Part shown: positions 29,044 to 36,972 of the stretch, piece after piece
Numbering within the stretch: the stretch's first letter is position 1
How the letters are laid out: every line of letters begins with the position of its first letter
Assembly: GCA_964570465.1 (NCBI GenBank)
Contig: CAZMYG010000002.1
Coordinates: 1 to 63,639 of the forward strand
DNA: 63,639 nt
Direction of reading: 5' to 3'
Source of the DNA: an uncultured Planctomycetales bacterium
Lineage (GTDB): Bacteria > Planctomycetota > UBA1135 > CAZMYG01
The notes under the pieces: model-generated
Told to the model about the DNA's origin: nothing
The model's input: only the letters and a program-made list of their open reading frames with translations
The model's database searches: none
Position numbers and translations under genes: made by a program

Positions 29044-30429
29044 TCACACTCCTTTTGGCAGAGAGTTCTGCCGGTACAGTTTCAATTTGTTCGAAAGTGT
29101 TCTGGCGGTAACACCGAGTATCTTTGCCGCTTCCGTTTTGTTATCTCCAACGGAAGCGAGTGTGTTGAAAATCACGTCGCGTTCGATTTCTGCCAGAGAA
29201 CGACCCGTAATCTGTTCAAAGAGTTTTTCTTCGCCTGCAGCTTTCCATTCTCCAGATAGAGGACGAGCGATCAGTTCTCCCTCGAGCTCCTCTAGGCCGA
29301 TCACAGTACCGTGATCGCGTACAGCGAGTCTTTGCATCAAGTTCTCCAACTCGCGTACATTTCCTGGCCATGCATAGGCTTGCAGTCTTTGCATCGCTTC
29401 CGGCGCAACGGAATTGACTTTCGATCCGTATTGCGTGGCGAAACGCTGGAGGAAACGAGCGACGAACAAGGGGATGTCCTCCGCGCGTTCTCGCAACGGT
29501 GGGATGTGAATCGGAACAACATGCAAGCGGAAGAAGAGATCTTCCCGGAATCGTCCCTTTTGCACTTCGGTTCGCAGATTACGGTTCGTTGTCGCGATGA
29601 CGCGCACGTCCACTTGAATGGTTTTCGTGCCTCCGACTCTTTCGAATTCTTCTTCTTCGAGTACACGCAGCAATTTGGCTTGCAAAGGCATGGAGATTTC
29701 ACCGATTTCGTCGAGGAGTAAAGTTCCCCCGTCGGCGAGTTCGAATCTGCCTTCTTTCTTCTGTACAGCCCCGGTGAAAGAGCCTTTTTCGTGTCCGAAC
29801 ATTTCCGATTCGAGCAAGTTCTCGGAAAGTGCGGCGCAATTTACTCGGATGAAAGGTTGTTTTGCGCGTGGGCTGCGTTCGTGAATTCTTTGCGCGATGC
29901 GTTCTTTTCCGCAGCCGCTTTCTCCAGTTAAAAGAACCGTGGCTTTCGTGCGCGCTACTTTTTCGACTTCAGACAAAATGGCTCGCGCGGGTCCGCTCTC
30001 GCCGATGAATTCGCAATCCCCTTTATTTTGCGCTCGTAGATAATCGTTTTCTTGACGCAGACGGCGATCTTTTGCGGCGCGTGAGAGCACGAGTTCGAGT
30101 GCATCAGGAGCGATCGGTTTCAACAAGAAGTCCGAGGCGCCCTCTTTCATGGCAGCGACGGCGGATTCAATCGTGCCGTGCGCCGTCAAGAGAATGAACG
30201 GAATCTGCGTATCGAGTCGGCGCAAATCTTTAAGCAAAGCGAGTCCGTCTCTCTTGGGCATTTTGAGATCGGAAAGGACGAGATCTGGTGAAGAATCTTC
30301 AAATCGCCGTAGCCCTTCTTCTCCGTCACGAGCTTCGAAAACTTCATAACGCATCGAACGCAAGGCTTCGGCGAGGAAGTCTCTACTCAACGGGTCATCA
30401 TCAACGAGGAGAATTTTCTCAATTCCCAT
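29044..30429 (-). CDS. Sigma-54-dependent response regulator (NtrC family; FlgR/FlrC/FleR-like)
   Basis: REC domain (LLVDDD, DLVLSDLKMP, FLLKP). AAA+ domain with GESGCGKE, GSFTGA (GAFTGA variant) and ESEMFGHEKG. C-terminal Fis-type HTH AAKILGVTARTLSNKLK. Confidence 0.9.
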   Translation of the reverse strand: MGIEKILLVDDDPLSRDFLAEALRSMRYEVFEARDGEEGLRRFEDSSPDLVLSDLKMPKRDGLALLKDLRRLDTQIPFILLTAHGTIESAVAAMKEGASDFLLKPIAPDALELVLSRAAKDRRLRQENDYLRAQNKGDCEFIGESGPARAILSEVEKVARTKATVLLTGESGCGKERIAQRIHERSPRAKQPFIRVNCAALSENLLESEMFGHEKGSFTGAVQKKEGRFELADGGTLLLDEIGEISMPLQAKLLRVLEEEEFERVGGTKTIQVDVRVIATTNRNLRTEVQKGRFREDLFFRLHVVPIHIPPLRERAEDIPLFVARFLQRFATQYGSKVNSVAPEAMQRLQAYAWPGNVRELENLMQRLAVRDHGTVIGLEELEGELIARPLSGEWKAAGEEKLFEQITGRSLAEIERDVIFNTLASVGDNKTEAAKILGVTARTLSNKLKLYRQNSLPKGV

Positions 30430-31291
30430 GTTCTGCCTCGCTTTCTGATGTGGCGGTTGGCAACTCGATATCGAAACGTGTGCCGGAAGAACTATCCACT
30501 AATTGAATCGACCCTCCATGCAACTCGACAAGATTTCTCACAATGGCGAGCCCAAGACCTGTGCCTTTGGTTTTGGTCGTGAAGAAAGGATCGAAAATTT
30601 TTCCACGGTATTCTGCTGCGATTCCAGGCCCACTATCGCAAACGGAAATCACCACCTTTTCTCCGTGTAATTTTGCGGAAATCGAAATGCTTCCTCCGTG
30701 CGTCATCGCGTCCGCTGCGTTTGCAATCAGATTGCGAAGCACTTGACCGAGTTTGACGGAATCTCCAGAAATTCGAATGCTTGCTGGAACAGAGCTGTAA
30801 TCGATTCGCAGAGAGTTTTTCTGTTCGGGATTGAGATGTTGCTGAACGGATTCGGCTGCATGCTCAATACAAGCTTTGAGTGCGATGGGGCGCGCTACAA
30901 AATTTCCAGGAGAAGCAAAGGCGAGCAGGTCTGCCAGAATGGAATCCACTTCTGCTACGCCACGGACAATTTTCAAAGAATAGTTAACAAATTTTGCATC
31001 GCCGTTTTCGAGCCCTTTCGCGAGCAAATTGGCGAATCCTTGAATCCCGTTGAGAGGATTGCGAATTTCGTGGGCAATGACGGCCGACATTTGTCCCAAA
31101 GCCGCCAGCTTGTCGAGTCGGCGGATACGCTCATTGGCTTGGGCGAGCTCAAGATCGATTCGCTCTGCGCGCTCTCGCAGTTTTTCGTAGGAGCCGCGCA
31201 GTTCTTCTGTTGCCTTGACAAAAGTACCAAACGCCGAAGTCAGCGCTTCGATATCTTCAACAGAAGCAGTTGCTTGAGCTTTTTGGCTCAT
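30419..31291 (-). CDS. Soluble histidine kinase (HisKA + HATPase_c; FlgS/FlrB-like)
   Basis: H-box [16 protein letters not shown]-box [13 protein letters not shown]-boxes DSGPGI and GTGLGLAI. There is no TM segment and only a short coiled-coil N-terminus. Confidence 0.85.
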   Translation of the reverse strand: MSQKAQATASVEDIEALTSAFGTFVKATEELRGSYEKLRERAERIDLELAQANERIRRLDKLAALGQMSAVIAHEIRNPLNGIQGFANLLAKGLENGDAKFVNYSLKIVRGVAEVDSILADLLAFASPGNFVARPIALKACIEHAAESVQQHLNPEQKNSLRIDYSSVPASIRISGDSVKLGQVLRNLIANAADAMTHGGSISISAKLHGEKVVISVCDSGPGIAAEYRGKIFDPFFTTKTKGTGLGLAIVRNLVELHGGSIQLVDSSSGTRFDIELPTATSESEAEHGN

Positions 31292-31968
31292 TTCCCAATT
31301 TCTCCAGCCTGAAGTTTTTGAACGTAAAACTCGTAATCCTTAACGGTTCCGAATTTCATTCGCTGTTCGAGAAGCTCACGAACTTTTCCAGCGTGAATTC
31401 CTGCTGAGCTCTGGGGAGAATCCGATGCGAGTTTCCGGTAAGAGCTCAAGGCGCTTTCCCATTTACCTTGCATTTCGAGGCAGTAAGCCGAGTAGAACTT
31501 GCTCCAAGAATCTTCTTGCGAGTCGTAGAGAGCACCCGCTTCTTCCCATTTCCCCAGCTTCATCAGAACCGGTCCCAGTTTTTTGATATTGGGTTTTACG
31601 TGGGGGTTTTTTGCCAAAGGATCTTTTTCCACGGGCTCTTCTTGTTCGACGACCACAACAATGGGCTCGGGATCGAGCTCTACTTGCAGCTCTTCACACT
31701 CTTCTTGAAGAGAGAGAATTTCTTGGCGCAAATCTTGAAGTGATACGGTGACATCAAAGGATTGCTTAGGAACCAGAGTAAGCGTGGGAATTCGCTCTCC
31801 GCTCTTTGCTTTTGTTTGGGCATTCAAGAGTTCTCGGATACGGAGGTCTTGTTGAAGCAAAGATTTTTCTAAATTGATGAGTTCTTCTAAATCCACCAAG
31901 TCTTGATTTTTTTCTTCATCAAGGCCTTGGAATGCGCAAAAGATCATGGATAGGAAAAAAACGTTCAT
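31288..31968 (-). CDS. Secreted coiled-coil / TPR-like protein, function unknown
   Basis: Signal-like N-terminus MNVFFLSMIFCAFQG, an acidic coiled coil, and TPR-like C-terminal helices (GKWEEAGALYDS..YCLEMQGKWESALSSYRKL). ATGA overlaps on both sides. Confidence 0.55.
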   Translation of the reverse strand: MNVFFLSMIFCAFQGLDEEKNQDLVDLEELINLEKSLLQQDLRIRELLNAQTKAKSGERIPTLTLVPKQSFDVTVSLQDLRQEILSLQEECEELQVELDPEPIVVVVEQEEPVEKDPLAKNPHVKPNIKKLGPVLMKLGKWEEAGALYDSQEDSWSKFYSAYCLEMQGKWESALSSYRKLASDSPQSSAGIHAGKVRELLEQRMKFGTVKDYEFYVQKLQAGEIGK

Positions 31969-33530
31969 GACGATCTCCTAAGAATTCCTTGATAGGCTTC
32001 TGCGGCTTGTTCTGTTTTCCCTTGTTGCAGGTAGGCATCACCTAGTAATTGGAAGGCTTGGTCGACCCATTTGGGGTCATTTGCAGTTGGTAGCCATTCC
32101 AATAGCCATTTGATGCATTGATCTGAAGCTTTGTTTTCGAGCAAGTAACGTGCGGCTTCTAGTTTGGCTTCGCCTCCATAACGGCGACTCCCAAAATGTT
32201 CGCGCAACATGGCAATGGCTTCTTCTTTTTTTCCAAGCTGCTGTAAGCTTGCGGCCCTTGAAATAGCTTCGGCGCCTGGATCATCGAGTTCCAAGAATTC
32301 TTCTAGATGGGTAGACCTTCGAACTTGATCTGCAAGTTGATTCCAGGCTTTAGAGTCGATGGATTCTTCGCCCCGGGTTTTTTCCAAGAGAAAAATCGCC
32401 GCAAGATAGTCCCCGTTGTGATAAGCCGCTTCCGCGGCACGGAAATTTGCTCGAGGGGCCTCTTCTCGATTAGAAAACTCTCCAGCAAAGCGGAATAGAG
32501 TAGCCGCGGCTTTTTTGTATTCCTTGAGATCAAAAAGGCAATTGCCGTACACCCACAAAAATTCCTGTCGCGACGCAGCCTTTTTCTTGGCTTCTTCTTC
32601 GTAGGGCAGGACGAGCTCCAGCGCTTCTTTCGCCGAGCCTTGGCGGCGCATGCATTCTGCTAAGTAAAGTTTTGCCATCAGCAGGAAAGGTGAGTTGGGA
32701 TATTGCTCCACCATGAACCCAAAGTATTTTCCCGCTCGATCGACAGAGCCTAGTTGGAGCAAGCTGCGGCCAAAGAGATAGTAGCCTTCATCAAGCTGGT
32801 TAAAGCTGACGAAATCGTTGACTAGGTTAGAGAGATAACCGTAAGCAACTTCGTAATTTCCCGCTTTGATTTGATTGCGTCCTAGCCTGAGCAGGGCTTC
32901 TGGGACATCATCGGAGTTACGGAAATTTTTGATGATGGCTTGATATCTCTGATTTGCTTCTTCGATTCGTCCTTCTTGTTCATCGATAGAAGCGATGAGC
33001 AAAAACAGTTTGGTGGTATCCGGGAAATGGGGGAATTTTCGGCTTGCTTCGTAGCTTGCCTGGATTCCTGCAGTGAAAACCCACTTTTTCCCTTCTTCAG
33101 AGTCGGTCGTTGGGATTGCTGCAAGCGTGACAACGTTTCCGGTTCTCGTATAACGCAATTCTGCAGATCCAAAGGTTGGTTTGAGAATTTCATCAAGTTT
33201 TCGCCGCGTGAAAGAGAGATCAATAGTCGTATTTGCAAAGCCTGGTTCCAAACCTTCAAACTTCAATCCACTTTTCTTGGAAAACTCTTCTAAAAAATCT
33301 CCCAGACGGATGTAGCGGGCCTCGACGGAATATAGAGTTCCAGAGTTTGAGGATTCTACTTCAATTTGTATTGGAGTTGTTTCTTGTGAAGCCTGAGAGC
33401 TTTCATGTTTCTCTTCCTGTGCTGGTGCTGATTCGTGTGCTGGGGCTTGTTCGTGTTCTTGTTTGTGTCCATGGTCTTGAACTACAAGTACAGCAACGAA
33501 AACGGATGTAGTGAAAGAGAGTATGGTCAT
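31965..33530 (-). CDS. Envelope TPR protein with an N-terminal anchor, a His/Glu-rich linker and an STN/secretin-N0-like segment
   Basis: ATG 33530 (MTILSFTTSVFVAVLVV) forms an ATGA overlap with the upstream stop; the track start at 33641 overlaps the upstream gene. Linker: HGHKQEHEQAPAHESAPAQEEKHE. The segment LYSVEARYIRLGDFLEEFSKKSGLKF...LDEILKPTFGSAELRYTRTGNVVTLA resembles STN domains, though this is judged from memory of the pattern only. About 350 aa of TPR-like repeats follow. Confidence 0.6.
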   Translation of the reverse strand: MTILSFTTSVFVAVLVVQDHGHKQEHEQAPAHESAPAQEEKHESSQASQETTPIQIEVESSNSGTLYSVEARYIRLGDFLEEFSKKSGLKFEGLEPGFANTTIDLSFTRRKLDEILKPTFGSAELRYTRTGNVVTLAAIPTTDSEEGKKWVFTAGIQASYEASRKFPHFPDTTKLFLLIASIDEQEGRIEEANQRYQAIIKNFRNSDDVPEALLRLGRNQIKAGNYEVAYGYLSNLVNDFVSFNQLDEGYYLFGRSLLQLGSVDRAGKYFGFMVEQYPNSPFLLMAKLYLAECMRRQGSAKEALELVLPYEEEAKKKAASRQEFLWVYGNCLFDLKEYKKAAATLFRFAGEFSNREEAPRANFRAAEAAYHNGDYLAAIFLLEKTRGEESIDSKAWNQLADQVRRSTHLEEFLELDDPGAEAISRAASLQQLGKKEEAIAMLREHFGSRRYGGEAKLEAARYLLENKASDQCIKWLLEWLPTANDPKWVDQAFQLLGDAYLQQGKTEQAAEAYQGILRRSS

Positions 33531-34108
33531 AGCCCCTCCTCCGCTGGCTTCAGTGTTTCTCGCAGATAGCATTCGGCTATTCGAAACTGAGCTTGTGCAG
33601 CCAGTGATTGTTCCTCGGCAGGGAGAATGTCCGCACCGCAAAGGAAGGAGTAGTACAAGCTGCGCGCCTTTCGGAAATTACCTTTTTCGAATAGAGCGTT
33701 CGCTTCTTCAAAAGAGCGGTGCTGGCCTTTTTTCGCGTGCACGCTGGAATCAAAAGCGCGATTGGCGATTTCATAAATCTCTGCCGCTTTTTCATACTTA
33801 CCAAGTCTTCGATAGCTATCGGCCATCCCCAAGAGAATGTCGATGTGGCGCTCAGGATTTGGTACATCGCGAGGCAGAGGAGGCAAAACCGCATCAGGAT
33901 GAGTAACGGTCGCATTAAATTTTTCGACGATACGCGAAGGTTTCACACTCACAATTCCAAGAAGAATGGCGTTCATCAACATCGCACCAAACAAACCGAT
34001 GGAAAGAATGGTGGACTTTTCCATCTGTCCGAGTTTCGCCAATAGTCCAGGAGCTTTTGGCTTTTTCGCTTTTTCTTCTTCCGGTGGTTTTTTCTCTTCT
34101 TCAGCCAT
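33527..34108 (-). CDS. Single-pass membrane protein with a TPR-like periplasmic domain
   Basis: K/E-rich N-tail, TM segment STILSIGLFGAMLMNAILLGIVSV, and TPR-like helices (MADSYRRLGKYEKAAEIYEIA..., ALFEKGNFRKARSLYYSF). ATG 34108 (MAEEEKK) is preferred; the track uses the alternative start at 34120. Confidence 0.55.
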   Translation of the reverse strand: MAEEEKKPPEEEKAKKPKAPGLLAKLGQMEKSTILSIGLFGAMLMNAILLGIVSVKPSRIVEKFNATVTHPDAVLPPLPRDVPNPERHIDILLGMADSYRRLGKYEKAAEIYEIANRAFDSSVHAKKGQHRSFEEANALFEKGNFRKARSLYYSFLCGADILPAEEQSLAAQAQFRIAECYLRETLKPAEEGL

Positions 34109-34110
34109 GT

Positions 34111-35193
34111 TTATGCCCACAACACTTGTTTCAGTAAATTTTGTTCGCTATTCGCTCGGCTTGAGGAAAGAGAGATGCGAAAGGAGACAGTACTGCCCTT
34201 ACCTTTTTCCGAATGAATACGTAAGTCATCGACGGGACGGTGCATTTTGCGAAGTCCGCAATTTGGAACTGGCTCTGCGCTGAGAATCCGCGAGAGAGTG
34301 CTCGACGCAGAAAAGCCTTTTCCGCGATCTTGAATTCGAACCCAGAGCGAATTGTCTGCGCGGCTCATTTCGATCCAGGCTTTCCCCTGTTGATTCGGAT
34401 AGGCATGTTGCATGGCGTTGAGCAAGGCTTCTTTGCTTGCAAGAAATAAAGCCGCGTAGGCTCGCTTGGGAAGATTTTCTCGCGCCGCAATTTTTCGCAG
34501 CTGCGCTAAGAAATCGTTGATCCGATCGAGATTGAGTTCTATCTGAGTGGAGAACGGAATTTCACTTGGTAGTTCATTTCCAGCTTCGCAATTGTTTGAA
34601 GCGGCTTTTTCGATGGCATTGAGTAGCAACTCCAATTTGAAAGGCTTGCAGAGATAGTCCAAAGCACCCAGGCGCAGCGCGCGCAGAGTTGATTCCGCTG
34701 ACGCGTAGCCGGTCATCACGACGAGTTTCAGATCGGGACGAATTTCTTTGAGTTGTTCAAACAGAGCAATTCCGTCGTCCACAGCAAATCCGTCCAAGCG
34801 CAGATCGGTGACAAGAATTTCAATCGACTTGTTTCTAATTAGCTCAAGAGCTTCTTCTCGATTCGAAGCGCTGAAGGCTTGGTGGCCTTTGAGTTCCAAG
34901 GAGCGAACGATGGCGGAACGAATTCCCTTCTCATCTTCTGTCACGAGAACTCTTCGTGAAATTCCAGTGGCAGGGAAATTTGCGTTCTGTTTCGCAGTAG
35001 TGAAAGGGTTTTCGGACTCACTGAGAGTTGAGAGTGCACGATTCGCGCTCATCGCAATTCTCTCGGTCTCCGCAAGGGCACTCGTGAGAATTTCTGCTCG
35101 TGGGTCGAGAGCATCTGTCTGCTCTTGTACGAGCTCGATTTGCGCTCGAAGTGAAGCGATTTGATTGCGAAGGGTGTCTAGCTCTAGGTTCAT
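34111..35193 (-). CDS. Coiled-coil + receiver (REC) + RsbW/SpoIIAB-like HATPase domain protein, with no HisKA domain
   Basis: REC domain: RVLVTEDE, ILVTDLRL, VVMTGYAS, YLCKPF. C-terminal domain: ALLNAMQHAY (N-box), IQDRGKGF (G1), GKGSTVSFRI. No H-box/dimerisation domain was recognisable. Confidence 0.65.
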   Translation of the reverse strand: MNLELDTLRNQIASLRAQIELVQEQTDALDPRAEILTSALAETERIAMSANRALSTLSESENPFTTAKQNANFPATGISRRVLVTEDEKGIRSAIVRSLELKGHQAFSASNREEALELIRNKSIEILVTDLRLDGFAVDDGIALFEQLKEIRPDLKLVVMTGYASAESTLRALRLGALDYLCKPFKLELLLNAIEKAASNNCEAGNELPSEIPFSTQIELNLDRINDFLAQLRKIAARENLPKRAYAALFLASKEALLNAMQHAYPNQQGKAWIEMSRADNSLWVRIQDRGKGFSASSTLSRILSAEPVPNCGLRKMHRPVDDLRIHSEKGKGSTVSFRISLSSSRANSEQNLLKQVLWA

Positions 35194-36605
35194 GCTTCCA
35201 CCCCGTAAAGTTTCATTTTGTTATAGAGAGTTGTGCGATTAATCCCGAGCAGCGTTGCAGAGCGTGATATATTGCCGCGTGTTTCTCCTAGAACTTGTTG
35301 AATCAAGGCTTTTTCTACTCCGCGCAAAGAGCGCTCAGTTGCTGGCACTCGCAATTCCGAATTGGAATCTTGGAAACTCGTGTTCGAGTGCAGCGACAAG
35401 TCACCTTCTTCGATCCAACTTCCTCTTGCGACGATGGCAGCTCTTTCGATGGCATTTCGAAGTTCACGAACATTTCCAGGCCAGCTATGTCGTGAAAGCG
35501 CTTCCATGGCCTGTGAAGAAAATCCTCGCAGTTCTTTGTTGAGATCCTTGTTGTAGTGTTCGAGGAAATAATGCGAGAGCAGAGGCAGGTCTTCGCGGCG
35601 ATCCCTCAAAGGTGGAAGCTCGATCGACATGACATGCAATCTGAAGAATAAGTCTTGGCGAAATCGGCCTTGTTGAACTTCGGTTTGCAAGTCTCGGTTG
35701 GTTGATGCAATGACTCGGACATTGACCGGTAAATCTCGTTCTCCACCGACTCGTCGGACATTGCGCTCTTGTAAGACTCGCAATAGTTTTGCTTGTAGGC
35801 CGCTCGCCAACTCGCTGATTTCGTCGAGAAAAATCGTTCCTCCGTCTGCTGCGACGAACAATCCTTGTTTGCCGTTGGGGGAGGCACCTGTAAAGGCACC
35901 TTTTTCATAGCCAAAGAGTTCCGCTTCTAGCAAGGACTCGGTGAGAGCGGCACAGTTGATGGCAATAAAAGGTTTCATCCTTCTTTCCGAGTGATCATGG
36001 ATGGCCCGCGCGACGAGTTCCTTGCCAGTTCCCGATTCGCCCTGGAGCAATACCGTCGTATTCGGCGTTACGGCGACGGAAGTAATTTGTCGTAAAACGT
36101 TTCGGATCGCCGGACTGCGCCCAACGATCGGAGAGAATTTCAATTGTTGGATTTCTTCCCTCAAACGCCCCATTTCCTGCTGCATCTGTCGCAAAGAGAG
36201 GGCGTTTTGAAGTCGGGGGAGGAGAGAATCTCGACGTAAAGGCTTTTCGATAAAGTCGTAAGCACCATCTCGGATGGCTTCAACGGCAATCGAAACACTG
36301 CCATAGCCGGTCATCAACAAGACGGGTAGAGAGGAATCGGCCTGAACTAGGCTCCTTAATAAGGAAAGGCCCTCCGCCCCTGGCATACGTACATCAATCA
36401 GAGCCAAATCCGGCTTTTCTTGTTTCGCTATATATAAGGTAGAGTCCGCATCCCTTGCCCAGAGCACTTCGTAGCCTTCAGCACTCAGCATTTTTTTCAA
36501 GGCATCTGCAAAGGCGAGATCATCATCAGCCAAAAGGACAACGGGGGTGTGATGGGCGTAGGCCTTGCTTGAGGACTCCTTCGGCTCCAATAACGTTCCT
36601 TCCAT
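35190..36605 (-). CDS. Sigma-54-dependent response regulator (NtrC family), first gene of the long minus-strand array
   Basis: REC domain with intact acidic pocket (LLADDD, LALIDVRMPG, LMTGYG, FIEKP). GESGTGKE, GAFTGA, ELFGYEKG. HTH SATLLGINRTTLYNKMK. Confidence 0.9.
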   Translation of the reverse strand: MEGTLLEPKESSSKAYAHHTPVVLLADDDLAFADALKKMLSAEGYEVLWARDADSTLYIAKQEKPDLALIDVRMPGAEGLSLLRSLVQADSSLPVLLMTGYGSVSIAVEAIRDGAYDFIEKPLRRDSLLPRLQNALSLRQMQQEMGRLREEIQQLKFSPIVGRSPAIRNVLRQITSVAVTPNTTVLLQGESGTGKELVARAIHDHSERRMKPFIAINCAALTESLLEAELFGYEKGAFTGASPNGKQGLFVAADGGTIFLDEISELASGLQAKLLRVLQERNVRRVGGERDLPVNVRVIASTNRDLQTEVQQGRFRQDLFFRLHVMSIELPPLRDRREDLPLLSHYFLEHYNKDLNKELRGFSSQAMEALSRHSWPGNVRELRNAIERAAIVARGSWIEEGDLSLHSNTSFQDSNSELRVPATERSLRGVEKALIQQVLGETRGNISRSATLLGINRTTLYNKMKLYGVEA

Positions 36606-36751
36606 ATATATGCCTGCTATTCCTTCTGTTGCTTGTCGAGAAAACCGACATTGCCTCCATTTGCGTTGCTTTTCTCTACGGTTTTCTCTCTTGGCGGGGA
36701 AATCTCCCGCAAAGTGCTGTCTTATCGGATTTTTTTGGAATGGCCCTTAAG

Positions 36752-36770
36752 TCGGAATTAAAAATTCCGA
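36752..36770. promoter_or_regulatory. Perfect palindrome TCGGAATT-AAA-AATTCCGA, a candidate dimeric regulator site
   Basis: 8-bp arms with a 3-bp spacer, read directly from the sequence. It lies in the 367-bp divergent intergenic region, about 40 bp upstream of the sigma-54-like element. Confidence 0.3.
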
Positions 36771-36800
36771 AGATTGGACGGCGGGTTTTTGATTCGGGGA

Positions 36801-36817
36801 AGGCACTTCAGATTGCT
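36801..36817 (+). promoter_or_regulatory. Sigma-54-like -24/-12 element (AGGCAC-N6-TTGCT) with spacing one nt too long
   Basis: GG is at 36802-03 and GC at 36815-16, so the GG-to-GC offset is 13 rather than the canonical 12. The element lies about 155 nt upstream of the flagellin ATG. Confidence 0.2.
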
Positions 36818-36840
36818 GCAAAAAAATAAAACACATTTCT

Positions 36841-36866
36841 TAAGTGATTGTTCAGGCTGCCGAGAA
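36841..36866 (+). promoter_or_regulatory. Sigma-28-like promoter candidate for the flagellin gene (TAAG-N14-GCCGAGAA)
   Basis: Compared with the consensus TAAA-N15-GCCGATAA, this has one mismatch in each element and a spacer one nt short. It lies about 105 nt upstream of the ATG at 36973. Confidence 0.35.
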
Positions 36867-36972
36867 TCTACCAGTGTGTGATGTGCGCTAGGACACGTAG
36901 GCTGCCACGCAGGCTACCTGGCGCGGGAAAAAGGTAGTCTAGTTCGATCATTGTTCGTTAAGGAGTAAAAAA

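Noticed and set aside
29057-29075. GGCAG-N..-CTGCC element (minus strand) just upstream of flgB as a possible sigma-54 promoter
   Set aside because: The GG/GC offset is 13 rather than 12, the -12 element is CTGC rather than TTGC, and the predicted TSS would fall inside the flgB SD.
36455-36829. 124-aa and 61-aa plus-strand ORFs in the divergent control region
   Set aside because: They start inside the activator gene on the opposite strand, have no SD, are Leu/Phe/Arg-rich, and cover predicted promoter elements.
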